Assembly: GCA_043228905.1 (NCBI GenBank)
Contig: JBHGNT010000003.1
Coordinates: forward strand, 7,626,001-7,690,000
Direction: 5' to 3'
Origin: Azolla caroliniana
Taxonomy: Eukaryota; Plantae; Polypodiophyta
Length of the DNA stretch: 64,000 nt
Each line of letters begins with the position of its first letter. Within the stretch, counting starts at the first letter, position 1. Below the pieces are notes generated by a model. It was not told the DNA's origin and did not search any database. It was given only the letters and a program-made list of their open reading frames with translations. The position numbers and the translations under genes were made by a program. Positions 1-15,743 of the stretch are shown here, piece after piece.

Positions 1-215
1 TTGGAACATAAATTTTTAGTTTTTATAACAAGAATCTATCTAGTTCATGAGGCTTATAAGGTAAATCCTCAAGAATCACAAATTCTTCAATGTTAACCGT
101 GTTATCGTGAGAACCCAAGACTTCTTTTAAACAACTTACATGAAACATGGGGTGAACTTTGACACCTTGTGGAAGAGCAAGCTTAGGGGAAGATGAACCT
201 ATGCGTCTAAGAATA

Positions 216-400
216 TGTCACAAACAAGTAGAATAGAGCAGAACCGAGATGAGACCAAATACTAAGAGAGAGATGAGACAAGAGAAAGAGAACAAGAACT
301 CAACTAATGCTTCAATAATTGGTGTTATTCACCTTGATTGGAATCAAGGTGCACCCAAGTATTTATACAAGAAGGTGCAGGTATGCACACAAGCTAAGAA
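216..400 (-). repeat. LTR fragment, same family as 12211-12633
   Basis: Starts TGTCA. Shares gagaacaagaactcaac...accttgatt.gaatcaaggt.cacc.aagtatttatacaagaaggtg.aggtatgca with 12211-12370. Confidence 0.7.
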
Positions 401-498
401 TATTCTAGAGAATGCATGAGAATGCATACAAATAAGGGAACTTCTAGTGTTCAATATACAATGCATCAAGTTGAATTTTATAAAAGGATGCCCCGATT

Positions 499-566
499 GA
501 TGTAGCTCAGTTGGTAAGGTTGCCCAATGGAGACAAGTAGTTTATGGGTTCAACCCCTACATTCTA
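499..566 (+). other. tRNA-derived Pol III promoter-like segment (SINE head or tRNA pseudogene)
   Basis: A-box-like TAGCTCAGTTGG (503-514) and B-box-like GGGTTCAACCC (546-556) at tRNA-like spacing. No convincing cloverleaf. Confidence 0.45.
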
Positions 567-607
567 CAATGGCATATACATGTCACAGACGCTTTGACAG
601 AATAGTA

Positions 608-760
608 AAAGGTCCATAGTAACGAGGACATAATTTAGTACACTTGCCCATAGATAAAGTTGTTGAATTACAAGGCACATGTAAAGGTCCATAGTAATGA
701 GGAGATCATTTAGTACACTTGCCCATAGATAAAGTTGTTGAATTACAAGGCACATGTAAA
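608..760. repeat. Tandem duplication, 75-bp unit x2
   Basis: ggtccatagtaa...caaggcacatgtaaa starts at 611 and at 686. Confidence 0.9.
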
Positions 761-2311
761 AATACCTTCTACCTAGAGAGGGCCAAACATTTGAAGTTGC
801 CTATTGTGATTGTAAAAAAGAACATGCTCTATCTCTAGTTATTTCAATATTTTCTCATACAAAACATATCTTGCATATCCCTTAGGAAGTTTTGTGTACT
901 CTGTAACTCAAAAAGACTATATCTAGTCGACACATGTTTCTAACAACTACTATAAGAAAGTTCAAGCATAGAAAGATGTTTGCTTTTACCTAGCTTTTTG
1001 GCTACATAAGCTCGAAGTATATCCTCCATTATTTTGTTAACTCGTTCGGTTCGTCCATTTGTTTGAGGATGATTAGATGAACGCATGCTCAAAGCAGTTT
1101 CTAGGTTTTTAAAAACCCGAGCCAAACTTTGGTAGTAAACTTAGAATCTTTCTCACTTATTATATCCATCAGTAACCCATAAAACGTAGTAGTTCATCAA
1201 CGGATCAATAAGCCATTTTCGTAGGAATAAACATGGTTTCAAGTTGTTACCTTGGTTTTGGTAGGAATAAACTTGGCCATTCTTGTTCGTTGATCAACAA
1301 GCCCCAAAAATGGCATCATTGCCTCTTTGAGTCTAGGGTAAACTAACGTTAAAATCCATAGATATACTTTTCCATTTGTTATTGCGAAAGCCCAATGGAT
1401 GTAGAAGGCTTGCAACTTTGTGTTCGTTAGGCCTTATTCACTTGATATTGCAAGCATTTTGTTACATGTTCTTGAATGTCATGACATATGTTTGGCCATT
1501 AAAAATGAGTAGAGACAAGAATGAGTTGGTCATGTTGATGTGGGTAATAATTGATTGTGTGTGTTTTTTTGCTTGTATTTTCTAATCCTTCAAAAATTAA
1601 AATTTGATTAAGTGATTTATCCAAGGTTAATTCAACTTTATTATTAATGAGTGTAAGAGCGTTGAGGTGAAGCTCAATTATATTAATAGCACTAGCATTG
1701 ACGAGCTTCGGGATTAGTTTGACACCCATACTTAACCATGTTACCAACATTAGGGTAAACATTGATTCACCCTACCTAACAATCTCGATGTGGAGAGAGG
1801 ACTCCTTTGATGAAGAAATGTGTTTGGGAAGAAGGCCTAATGCAATATTTCTCTCTTTAAAAAGTGTAAATTTAAGTTGACAATAATTTTGAAGAATTTA
1901 CAAAATAAAGAAAATAAAACATACTTCTTAGTCTAGATCTGAGAGCGTTGCATTTCAACATCTCAAAAACACAAGCTTGAACAATTAGTGATTATAGATT
2001 CACTAAATTATAGTCTTGAAACTTATGATGATGTGGTGGTAAATAGGATTTGCAAAATTGATGCGTCGTCTCTTTTAATAAAACTAGTTGAGCTAATAAA
2101 TAACATTTGTTCTTGAGAAGCTTTCTAAGGGCATGTAAAGAATTGAAGGCAGCTCTATGGAGAATCAAGTATAATGAAGATACTTTATAGTACGTATGTG
2201 ACTGTGAGAGTAGAGAGAAATATACAATATACAAGGTTATCAAAGACAAATAACTTAACAAAGTGAGGATAATTATACAATGATAAACTACTAACCAACT
2301 ATACATATAAC

Positions 2312-4123
<1,812 letters not shown>

Positions 4124-4851
4124 CATATAACTAAGCATAAATCAACAATAGTCAACACTAGATATAATAGAGACAACTAGTTTTATATATTGAACATTCT
4201 ATGTGAACTTCACATACAGGGAGAGTGAGTGAGATATAGTAAAGTAGTCACGTCATTCAATAAGAGGTGTTGCCATCCATTTATTATAAGAATGGAGTTT
4301 GTGACACACGAGGTGTTTGGTTGAGCTTGACATCTCAATTGGTAAAGGTCACACATACACCTTCCATATAATCTCAAGTCATACTATCTTATAGATGGTG
4401 CCCAATGTGGGCACTCATATATAACAGTGCTCGACATAACTAAGAACCTAGTTCCAGATCATCCCAATGTTTATGATAAAGTAAACCAAACATTTCTCGT
4501 TTCATTTCCATTAAAGTTTCCCTTGAGTATGGGCTCGTATAGAAATGGTCATTGACAATAATTCGTACCAATTTATAACATTGAAATCTCAATTCCAAAC
4601 ATCATTCAAAATTTTCGTATTTCGATTTCCACATCACATCTATATCTCATTTCTAATACATCTAATGTTTCTAGATTATGCAATAATGTCGACACATGAC
4701 TTATAGTTGATTGCTAATGCTTTATGAAATTTCGCTTATTTAATATTGTCAATATTGGGACCATGTTTTTTTAAGGTCTCATTTATTTATTGACAATATT
4801 GGGGCCATGCCTCTTTTTAAGGTCTCACTTATTTATTCTTGACAATCGAGC

Positions 4852-5398
4852 ATTGTAGCCTTGCCACTTTCGGTGTAAGTTATTTTAATTCTTTTCTATA
4901 TTCCTAGGATCTATATTCAAAAATCCAAGAAGGAAGAGAATAATGAGGAGCCTATATGTTATATAGATAGTTAGAAAAATAATTTTACTTAATTCCTAAC
5001 ATCAACATTACATTAATTAATCTCCACTAATTACCAAATAAAAATACTCATATTGTTTATCATAAACTAGCCTATCCAATTAACTTAATGGAGTCTAAAG
5101 TTAATCTTATATTTAGATTGTAGCCTTGCCACTTTCGGTGCAAGTTATTTTAATTCTTTTCTATATTCCTAGGATCTATATTCAAAAATCCTAGAAGGAA
5201 GAGAATAATGAGGAACCTATATGTTATATAGATAGTTAGAAAAATAAATTTACTTAATTCCTAACATCAACATTACATTAATTAATCCTCAATTTTAAAC
5301 AATCTCCACTAATTACCAAATAAAAATACTCATATTGTTTATCGTAAACTAGCCTATCCAATTAACTTAATGGAGTCTAAAGTTAATCTTATATTTAG
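4852..5398. repeat. Tandem duplication, ~265-bp unit x2
   Basis: attgtagccttgccactttcggtg at 4852 and 5117. Near-identical copies; the second has a short insertion. Confidence 0.9.
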
Positions 5399-8300
5399 AT
5401 TGCACCTTTGCCATTACATTAAATATTAAATAGTCTTTCTAAGAGGGCCAACACTAAACAGTTTCTTGATTCCACTTCGTTGGACTCCATGATTGATTTC
5501 TAACCACTACATGTTAAGAAAAAAAGACACGTTACTTTAATTGCTTAGAAATGACTAATTGAGATATTTCACCCTCACGTGAACATGCTAGAAAAGCCAC
5601 TAATCAAAGGCAATGGTTGACCAATGGCCAAGTGTCTAGTTGCCAACACCACGATTGCCCTCTATTGAATGCACACTATTTCTCTCTCCCTCCCTTGAGT
5701 GCACATAAACTCTCTCTATTGGCACAACAAAGGATAGAACTCGTAAAAGGTGATTTAATTTCTAATGCTCTCTTAATACTAGTAATTGTGTAGTTGCACT
5801 ATCAACAAATCATGGGCCACACTATCGTAGTGGTTATATTAAAGTTACACAATAGTGATTATATTCTCATTAATGCAAGACTTTCTCCATTACATAATCT
5901 ATAGGCTCACTTCTAATCTCTTCATTTCCATCTCATCGTAATGCCATGTGTTTCTGTGTCAAGATGCATTCTCTCTCTCTCTCTCGTCAAGATATTAAGC
6001 TCAAACACACACTCCTTGGGACATGCATGAGTTAAAGTCACACTTGTAATAAACGGATGGGAGATACCTTGTGTTGAATGAAGTGGTGCTTTACATATGC
6101 TAAACACACTCCCATAATGATAGATTGGTTCAAACTTCTATGCAAAGGGCACATAATGTTCTATTAAACCAATTCCTCTCTTGTAAATATTTCTTATCTT
6201 TGATTTGTACTTGAGTTATATAGTTTATTGGTTCCTTATTTATCATTTATATAATAACCTCTCATTTTTCTTAATATCTTGTCTTTCTTATTCTTGTGTA
6301 TTGTCTTTCTCTCTCATTTCACAGAACACACACACACACACATCACACATACACTCACATGAACACCTAAAGTCTAACTTATCTCCACAACATATATGAT
6401 AATATGTATACTTGATCATTCGTATAACTACTCTTATCTTCTACTAGCCCCCACGTTGGTTGTTTCGTACTCACCTCCCACCCTCCCTACGTTGTAGGAC
6501 ACATGATCCGGCTCGTACTGGCCGGTGATGAAGTGCACTAGTTTATAGCTATAGGTACCTACTTACATTAAGTAGTCAGTTTGAAAGGATATGCATGTAG
6601 TCTCATATTCTTGAACTCGGTCAAGGGGAGATTCCCCGATTTATGTATAAGCCACCTTGTATAGTCTTTTTTGTAATAATCTCTCCTAATTAATGGGAAA
6701 GTAGCTTCTTTTTGGGAAAAAAAAATATTACTATTATCTTTCCAATACTTTGGTGGGCACTGGTGCTTCTCCATAGGTGAAAGTATGGGATGGTAAGACA
6801 ACTAAGTCTGTGTAGAAAGAGTTTGAAAATGTCTGAAAGAAGTTTCTTAAAATAATTCTCCAAGTGAAGAAAGAAAGACCTTACACCCTCTTACTTCTTG
6901 AGATGGGATCATTTCCTGAGTATTATTGCGGTGGGGGATATTAGAATCTCTCACTTGTGAGATTATGACTATATAAAGGGTTATTGGATACATGCATAAA
7001 TTTAAAAAATGTTTGTGACTTCAACTTCCTAGAATCATAAGAGAAACATGAAACATTATCTAAGAGACACATAAAAGCCTTAGATACAAGGTATAAAAAA
7101 CTGGTTTGGAAGATGGAATGCAATACACTTGCTCCATGATGCATTAATAGATTTCTTTGTGAATGATACCTTTTTGCAAAGCTAATGTATCATGACATGG
7201 GGAAAATGTGGATGTTAGTCATGCTTTAGACATTATACTACATATGTTGCACCTAACCATCAATACATGTTAGAGTTCCCATTGTTTATCATTCGAATAA
7301 TTGGTTCCATATGATAGACATTATACCACATATGTTGCACTTAATCAAACAAGGAAACCACACACATCAATACATGTTAGAGTTTGTCCCATTGTTTACC
7401 ATTCGAATCATTCTTTCCACACAACTTAGTTCACACTTACTGCTATGTGAGACGAGATATTGGAGCATATGTGATGCGATTAGTCATCTATGCACGTCTT
7501 GCCTTAAAAACGTTCGGTAGTGGGAGTATCACACTTTGATACAACGTTTTGCCTTTGAACACATTTGACTTTGGTTTCCACACATCTTTGACCAAACCCA
7601 ATCCTTAAATAGAGTCATAGTGTTCACTCTCATTTGGTGACATTTATTAGTAAAGGCCTTAAACATTGAGAGTCACAATTCACTTTCACATGCATTGCAT
7701 GAAAAGGTTATATTCATCTCATAGGTCATATTTGACCTCTTACAATAATCGTAATACCCCTTTTTTATCTACCTCTTTTTCACCTTTAATTTGTGTGATT
7801 TGAACCCATGACCCTTTCTTTACCAAAGTACTCAGCTTTGACAATTAGTTTTATACTTACAACTAGATAACTTCTAAAAGATGCCACTCCCCAAGTTTTT
7901 ACGATGTTGATAATATCAATAAATATGGAGACCAAGATGAAGATACCAAAGGTATAGGTTTTATTACAATTGTATCCTTATGTATCCTTATTGCGACCTT
8001 ACAATTGGTATAATTGGGGCCTTATTGAGGGTTCCCTAACAAAAATTAACTTTCCCCACTCTTGGAGAAGGATGTTCCTTAGTCACATAATTTCAAAGCT
8101 TCTATTGAAGAATTAGAATCATGCTTTGGAGTAATTGACAAGCATTGAATTTTAGCATCTAGAATTCGGAATATAAAATAAGTCTCTTTTCCAACATCCA
8201 TATGTTCCTAAGATTTCTATTGAGAATTCATGCACATTGAATAGGATGATATTGCATCTCTATACTTCATGTGTGGATTATAAGAACATACCCCTTCCAC

Positions 8301-8559
8301 AAAAATCAATGGTAGTCCTATTCTGATGCAATGATCCTTTGATCATATGAGGTTCCCTTTCAAAGGTAGAGAAAAGGAAAAAATTTGGAGGCAAGGTTGT
8401 GTATGTATTGTGGGTCTAGAGCACATAGTGTGCACTTATTTTTAAAGTTGAGAGGAGTCGCTTAATAATTGGGCCCTATGTTGAATACTCCCTTAGAATC
8501 CTCTTGTGGGGGGGAATATCCATTCTCATCAAGCTAGCAAACCCATCATCGTGCCATTA

Positions 8560-9410
8560 TATTTAAGGTCACAAGCTACAAATTTGGGATATGTCAACAA
8601 AACTTGATATTGGGAAAAAAATGCATGTTCTGTGGATGATGCATTTGGTCAAGCATCCAATATCATGATCATAGCTCTTCAACAACTACTTGTAGTAGAT
8701 ATTGATGGATGTGAACTTTTTTCAAGTTGTGTGACACATTGTATAGTACCTTTAGAAGTATGTGCCCAAGGAGCTCCCTCACATGATCTCTTTCAAATTT
8801 GATAATCTATCCCTCATGTACAACTTATCTTAGGGTTCCATTGGCTTGAGTTAGTGCATCCAAAGATTAATTGGTCCTAATAATGGTTAATGCCCCCTAG
8901 TTTTGTGTCCCATGTTAAAATTCCTCTTCTTAGGATCCATAACTTTATTTGTTCTTGAGATCCTAGTCTTGTTTCAAATATTTTCCTTAGTCATGTTTTG
9001 TACTCCTTGGTCCAGTTCTCAAAACAACTTCCGTTCCCTCAAACTAATAAACATCCAAGTTGGGTATCCAAAGACTCCTTGTAAGATTTCAAACGATATG
9101 GTAAGGTGGATCCTTAATAATTTTTACTATTCAAATGAACTGTAGAGATTTGAAAGAGCACCTACCTAGTGTTGCCAATGAAATATCAACAACTTACAAT
9201 CGTGTTTGTTGAGGACAAGTCGCCTCATCTACTCGAGTGTTTCTCTATAGTTTGTCCCATAGATCTTCAACTCAACAAATTTACTCCACTTTATAGATTT
9301 TCACTCATAGAGCTAAAAGCAGTTTGGACCAATATCAAAGGAGAATCTAGTTTTAGGATTCATTAGGCACTCCTAATCTTTTGTAGATGCACCTATATTC
9401 TTTGATAATT
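8560..9410 (+). pseudogene. Decayed Ty3/Gypsy protease and RT N-terminal relic
   Basis: Fragments LILGFHWLELVHPKINW, CPIDLQ...PLYRFSLIELK and LGFIRHS*SFVDAPIFF resemble Gypsy PR/RT motifs. Many stops and frameshifts. Confidence 0.6.
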
Positions 9411-10329
9411 AAGGAAATTAAAACTTCATTGTGATTGGTGGTTGATTATTAAGGTCTCAACAAGATTGAAACGCAAAACCAATATCTATTACCACATATC
9501 CTAGAGATGTTGGAGAACCATTGTGATGTGGCATGTACAGAGGGGGGGAAACACAAAAAGGTGAAGTCTTGTATAAGTTCAAGAGTGTGATCAAACTAAT
9601 AAAAAAAAGTAAAAATAAAATTATTGAGACAACTAGGGATACCTCAAATGGTAAGACCTAATCACCATCAAAAGAAGGATGAAGGCTTTGAAACCCACTA
9701 ATGTCTAGAAAGTAAAATGAACCCCAATGCATAAGTGATGAAGAGGAAGCACGTGGTAAATGTGAATGGTCAAGCTACATTTTGCCAAAGCTAGGTAACC
9801 ATGCAAGGCTAATGAGCTTGAATGCATAAGTGATGGGAAGGAAGTATGTAGTAAATGTGAATGGTCAACCTACATTTTACCAATGCCAAGTGACCATGCA
9901 AGGATAATAATAGCTCCATGGTAATAGAAAACCTAGTGGTACATTTGAGGAGGAAAGCTTTGTAGTTTTATCTTACATGGAATCATGAATTATGAGAGTG
10001 CTTGCGAACCTGATGACAACCAAGACAATGTTGCCATCAAACCACCACTCGAGGCCGCACCTATTTTGGGGCATTGAAAAATTCAAACCCACAATGTCAA
10101 AATTTGCAGATCTAGTGTTGATGGCATTGAGCAACACTAGTTGATTCATTAACCTCTTGTGATCGGCTCTTTGCAAGACCCAAGAGAGCTTTCTTGTGGT
10201 TGGCTTCACATGATAGAATCCAACAAGTTCTCTCATAGTTAGCTTGCCACTTGAGTTTCCAAGAGTTCTATCGTGACCAATTACTATCAATGATAGAACT
10301 CCAAAGAGTTCCATCTCATGGGTGGATCG

Positions 10330-10657
10330 TGTTGGAAACTAGGTCGTCAATAGAGAAGTAAAACACAACATTGTGTATTAAAGCAACAAGTTGTTGGATA
10401 CAAATGAGATGACTAGGGATGACAAACACAAAATGCAAGAAGGAAGAAGGTAGAGAGAAGAAAAACTGAGAGGCACATAACAGTAGTTCTATATTATTCA
10501 AAATGGCAACATCATCTTAGTACAAACTAGGTTACAAGTTGGTTATATACTAACCAAACTAGGCCAACTTGCCCTTTATGCTAATTACACATATGACCTA
10601 GTCTAATTTGTCCAATGGGGTAATGTGAATTCGTACATTATATTCTTGTATTCAACA
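10330..10657 (-). repeat. 3' LTR of the Copia at 10330-14729
   Basis: TGTTGG...TTCAACA; roughly 90% similar by eye to 14401-14729. Confidence 0.9.
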
Positions 10658-12210
10658 CTCCCTCGTAATGGTTGTATACAAAAGAATCTGTAACAAATAA
10701 AAGGAACATGATAGATACTACAAAGAGATGATATGCTGTTGTTAGCCGAATCGGCATGGCCGAAGTCATCTCTGTGCCTAAATCAACTGGTAAAAACCTA
10801 TGCCCGAGTCGACTAGGCCGAAGCCATAGTTATGCCCATTAGCCGTCAAAGCATCCGAAACCGGTTGGTCGAAAGACTCTTGGTCATCTTGTCTGCAACA
10901 TTGTCGACTGTAGAGATCTTCTCCAAGTCGAGCTTTCCCTTCGCCACGCTATCCTGAACGAAATGATATCAAACTTCGATATGCTTCGAGGCATTGTAAT
11001 GAACTAGATTCTTTGCCAATGCAACTGCTCCTTAACTGTCGCTAAAAACTACTAGAGCTGAATTTGGGGCGGATTGCCGAAACATGCATGCCAGTCGATC
11101 GAGCCATAACACTTCTTTCGCCACGTCAGATGCGGCTACATATTCATCCTTGGTTGTCAAAGTGGTCGTGCATTACTCGAGTTTCGATGTCCATGATAAT
11201 GCGCCGTGTTTGAATTGAAAGAAGTATCTAGAAGTAGGCTTTCGGTTTCCTAGGTAGCCAGAAAAGTTTGAGTCGGTATAACCAACTACGCTTGAGTTTT
11301 TGTTCGGGATGAATAGGATGCCAAGGTCTTCTGTGCCCACTAAATATCTGAATATATGCTTAATTGCCTTCCAATGCAGTCGGCTAGGGTTGTGCATAAA
11401 TATGTTTACAACTCCTACGACATGTTCTATATCTAGTCATGTGGCAACCATAGCATACATTAAGGAGCCGACTACCGGTGCATATGATACCGACTTCATA
11501 TACTCCCCTTCCGGGCTAGATATCGAGTAGTCTCTCTAAGACAGCCAAAGGTTGATTGGGAGTGGGGTCGAAGCAGATTGAGCCGTCTGCATGTTAAAGC
11601 GTTCGAGGACTCTTTAGATGTAGTCGGCCTGAGACAGAAATAATCGTCTTTGATCACGATGCCGACTGATCTTCATTCCAAGGATATGTCGTGTGGAACC
11701 CAAGTCCTTTATTGCAAACTTCACTTGCAATTATCGAACAAGTTCAACATTTCGGTCAGAGAGCAGCATATCATCCACGTATAAGATGAGGAAGATGGGT
11801 GACCCATCTCAAGCATTTTATGAATAGTAGATACAATGGTCCTCATTACTCCAAGAAAATCTGATTGATTGTACGAAATCATCAAATTTTTTGTACCATT
11901 GTCTTGGGGCCTGCTTTGAGGTCGTATAGACTCTTCTTGAGTCGACAAACTAGACTTTCCTAGCCAGATATCACGAAGCCTTTCGGCTACTCCGTATAAA
12001 CTTCTTCATCAAGATTGCCATGGAGCAAGGTCATCTTCACATCTAGCTAAACGAACTCTAAATTTTTGGATGCTATGAAAAGTAGGAATTGAAGGGTGGT
12101 CATTTTCACCTCTAGTGAAAAAATTTCATCCAAGTCAACTCCATATTCTTGTTGAAATCCCCTTGCTACTAGTCTGGCCTTGTATTTGGGACTTGACTGC
12201 CACCGATGAG

Positions 12211-12633
12211 TGTAACAATGTAGAACCAAGACGAGACTAAATATTAAGAGAGAGAAGAGAGAAGAGATAGAGAACAAGAACTCAACATATGCTTCTATAA
12301 CTGGTGTTTTTTACCTTGATTAGAATCAAGGTACACCTAAGTATTTATACAAGAAGGTGGAGGTATGCAGTTGCCCTAGCTCAATTATTATATAACTGAC
12401 TCTGTAACCTAGTTCATTATTATGTGAGTTTCCATACTTTTGAATAATACAGTTTTGTATCTGTGGTTTCCTCTCTCTCTCACTCTCTCTCTCACTCGTT
12501 GCTTTCATGATCTTGATCTCTGCTAAGTTGTCTAAGTACATTCTGTTCATCTTGTATGTTTGTATATCAATCTTGATGATCTTCATCATATAGTGCTAGA
12601 TATTGAGTCCGCCCTTGACGACTATTTACAACA
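12211..12633 (-). mobile_element. Solo-LTR-like insertion at the position of the missing Copia integrase
   Basis: TGTAACA...TTTACAACA ends. Homologous to 216-400. Separates the RT start from the gag-pre-integrase motif (CEHCRYGKQ). Confidence 0.65.
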
Positions 12634-14400
12634 ACCGGATGTGAGGCCGCGGCTTGTTTGCCATACCGACAATGCTCACAAAATTGGTGGTCGGAGAAAG
12701 AGAGTTTGTTGAGATGGCTGAGTTGCTCGCCCATGCCACAGGGATGACACTGGAATATCGACCAAGAATAAGTCACCCTCTTTGAGAGTGGCATACAATG
12801 GGTACAAAGAATGTACCTTCGTCTCTTGAGCAAGTAGGAGGTTCCCTCTATGGAGTGTCCACCCTCCTGACGAGAAGCCGACACAGATGCCATCTTCATC
12901 AAGTTGTCCCATTGAGCTTAGCGGCCTTGTTAGTTTTGAGACATGTCGGATGTTGTGAAGTATCAAGGTAGAACCACCTAGCATGTTGAGTTCTAATATG
13001 CCAATGTCGTTGATGGCACAATACTGCGAATTGCCGACTTGGACCGAGTCGGCATTCTGAGCCGAATATTGCCGAAACAAGGCACCCGAGTCGAGAACCC
13101 AACTCATGGCTTCTTCGGTCATATGAAGAACTTCTAATTCGATCGAATTTCCGAGTATTAGGATATTTGGTTCATTTGACAGAATTTCGGCTGAGGAGCC
13201 AACAAAGTTTACCTCCTCTTGCCAACAACCATTTTGCTCTGACCTCTGATCTTTCTCGTTCTTGGCTTTACGGGCACAACATTCGGTTTTGATATGTCTA
13301 GGCTTCTTGCAATGATAGTATATCGGGGTGTCCCTAGACTTACTTCGGCCTTAGGCATTAGTCGACTGTCAAGAAGACCTTCTTCCTCGACTATTCAGTC
13401 GGTCAGCCGAACTTTATATCATGAAAGTGTCACCTGTCGACTCAAGTACAAACTTTTCCCTCCAAACGTCCTTTGACAAGATGGAGCTCATTATCTCGGA
13501 GTACTTGACGGTAGTAGTTATGAAAGTTTCCCACAAAGGGGGGACACTACTCATCAACAGGAGAGCCATCAACTCATCATCAATTGTCATCCCTTGTCCC
13601 GAAATTTGGGAGTTGATGCTTTCATACTCGTTGAGATGTGCCTGGTCCAAATCGGATTCTTCCATCTGAAGATTGTAGAGGCTCCGAATTAGATAAATCT
13701 TCGTGGTGGCAATCTTCATTTCGTATGTGTTCGGTAAAGTCTTCCATAGTTGGTATGTTGTTGAACACGACCGCACCGTATACTAGACTAATTCAAACAA
13801 GTGCATCTGAATGGTGGCACGAACAATCCGGTCCAACTTCGTCCAATGCACTTATTCGGTTTGTATTAATCAAGAGCATTTTCATTCTCAATAGGGTCGA
13901 TCTAACCCTTTACAATAAGGTAATCCTCCATTTGCTCCTTCCAGAAATTGAAGTTCGTGTCATCGAACTTCCTGAGACTCATCTTTGACGAGCCGGTGGA
14001 GCTCATTTTGGACAAGAGTCGATTGGTCGAAAGTTTTGTTTAGAGTGGTTGTGATTAGATGACGGGTACGACCGTCTGGTCTACTTGAAGTATAATCTAG
14101 TTGAATTGAACACGAATTGAGTCGACTGATTTGTCGGTTCTGCTCGGAGTGACTACGACTAAAAAGATTGATACATCAAACTAGTTTTCCTGAAGTGTGG
14201 CCTAGCCAATTTGGGCACGAAACTTGCAGAGTGCTTCTTTCTCTCACAAGATCAACTTTGCGGATGTCGAACAAAAGATTTCAATCAAATTGAAATCTTG
14301 TAGATTCCTGTTCAACAAATCCAGCGAGTTGAAGTATTTTTTATAGTCAAAACAAAATTGTTGATGAGGGAAACAAGTGGCGACGAACTCTGATGCCAAG

Positions 14401-14729
14401 TGTTGGAAATTAGGTCGTCAATGGAGAAGTAAAATACAACACTGTGTATTAAGGCAACAAGTTGTTGGATACAAAAGAGATGAATAGGGATGACAAACAC
14501 AAAATGCAAGAAGCAAGAAGGTAGAGAGAAGAAAAACTGAGAGCCACACAATAGTAACTATATTATTCAAAATGGCAACATCAGATTCTTACAAACTAGG
14601 TTACAAGTTGGCTATATACTAACCAAACTAGTGCAATTTGCGCTAAAATGCTAATTACAAATATGACCTTAGGTCTAGTTTATCCAATGGGGTAATGTGA
14701 ATACGTCCATTATATTCTTGTATTCGATA
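14401..14729 (-). repeat. 5' LTR of the Copia at 10330-14729
   Basis: Adjacent to the PBS and followed by the GATCG TSD. Confidence 0.9.
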
Positions 14730-14904
14730 GATCGCCTGAATAGAACTCTACAAAGTTTCATTTTGGGAAGCTCGCCGCAATAGAGTCTTATCATTAGAGC
14801 TCTTGCACACGATTTAGGGACCCCCTTTTGTTAGAGATTATTCCTAATGTAAAGAGGAATTAAAAGATAGATAATAAAGAGGAAGAGTGCCAATCCACCC
14901 AACC

Positions 14905-15743
14905 TGTTATGGGCATGACCATATAATATCCCGTGGTGAGAATTTACCGTAGTATTCTATACACGTGGATAAGTGTGAGGGTTAAACGAGAGTGTAAAGA
15001 AGGGGAGGATTACTTTTAATCCTCGGGATTGAGACAACCCATTAGGCCAAGTGTGAACTTGCCTAGGGGCCTTGGGTATCGTTATAAATAAGAAGCCTAG
15101 CTACCCTCATTTCATCATCTTTTGACTACGTCGAGACTCTGTTCTTGTGGTGGGTCAACTCTTGTAGCAAGCGCGCCAACACCAGGTATGACTCAACGCC
15201 ACAATGGTGGTATGGGACGTCGATCGAGGCTCGAGTTCGTCTCGATCCCTTCGCTCGGGGGTGGTCGGGTGGATCGACACCCTTCTTTCTCTAGATCTCC
15301 TTTCTATCTAGATCTATCTTTTATCCTTATTTTATGCTTACATTACTTCATGTCTCTAATACAACCACCCCCAAGCTAAGGGATCGAGATGGATTTGAGG
15401 CTTGTTGACGTTCCATACCACCACCATGGCATCAAGTTGTACTTGGTACCGACGCCCACTCGCCGTGAGAGTTTGTTCATCATAATGTCACAGTATCAAC
15501 ATATTCGAATGATGAATGATGTGTCAAGTGAGGGTAGTTAGAACTTAGGCCTCATATTTATAGCCAGACCTAAGCGCCCCAAGCAAGTTCACACTTTGCC
15601 CTTACCTGTTATCTCAATTCCTAGGATTAAAATTAATCCTCCCTTCTTTACAGTCTCGGTTAACCCTCACACTTTTGATCCTCGTGTGTAGAATACTACG
15701 GGTACAAAGTACCACGAGATAAATTGTGGTCATGTTTGTAACA
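14905..15743. repeat. Long imperfect inverted repeat made of two oppositely oriented LTR copies
   Basis: Arms ~14905-15266 and ~15362-15743 are reverse complements (e.g. gtagtattcta.acacg, gtgtgagggttaa.cgaga.tgtaaagaaggg, tctcgatccctt.gct). Loop ~95 bp. Confidence 0.85.

Larger units (their letters stand above)
1..1500 (-). mobile_element. Decayed Ty3/Gypsy integrase relic, interrupted at about 216-760
   Basis: ORF 940..1125 contains HPQTNGRTERVNKIMEDILRAYV (integrase core). Bases 1-215 read ILRRIGSSSPKLALPQGVKVHPMFHVSCLKEVLG on the minus strand (integrase C-terminal region). Homologous to 15900-16600. Confidence 0.8.
10330..14729 (-). mobile_element. Decayed full-length Ty1/Copia LTR retrotransposon
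   Basis: LTRs at 10330-10657 and 14401-14729. TSD GATCG (10325-10329 and 14730-14734). Met-type PBS TGGCATCAGAG (minus strand, ~14388-14398). PPT GAGGGAG (10658-10664). Remnants of gag, protease (WVLDSGA), RT (KYKARLVARGF) and RNase H (GYTDS). Confidence 0.92.

Noticed and set aside
6560-7700. Faint retroelement-like coding remnants (also at ~52400-52590)
   Set aside because: Too degenerate to assign by eye.
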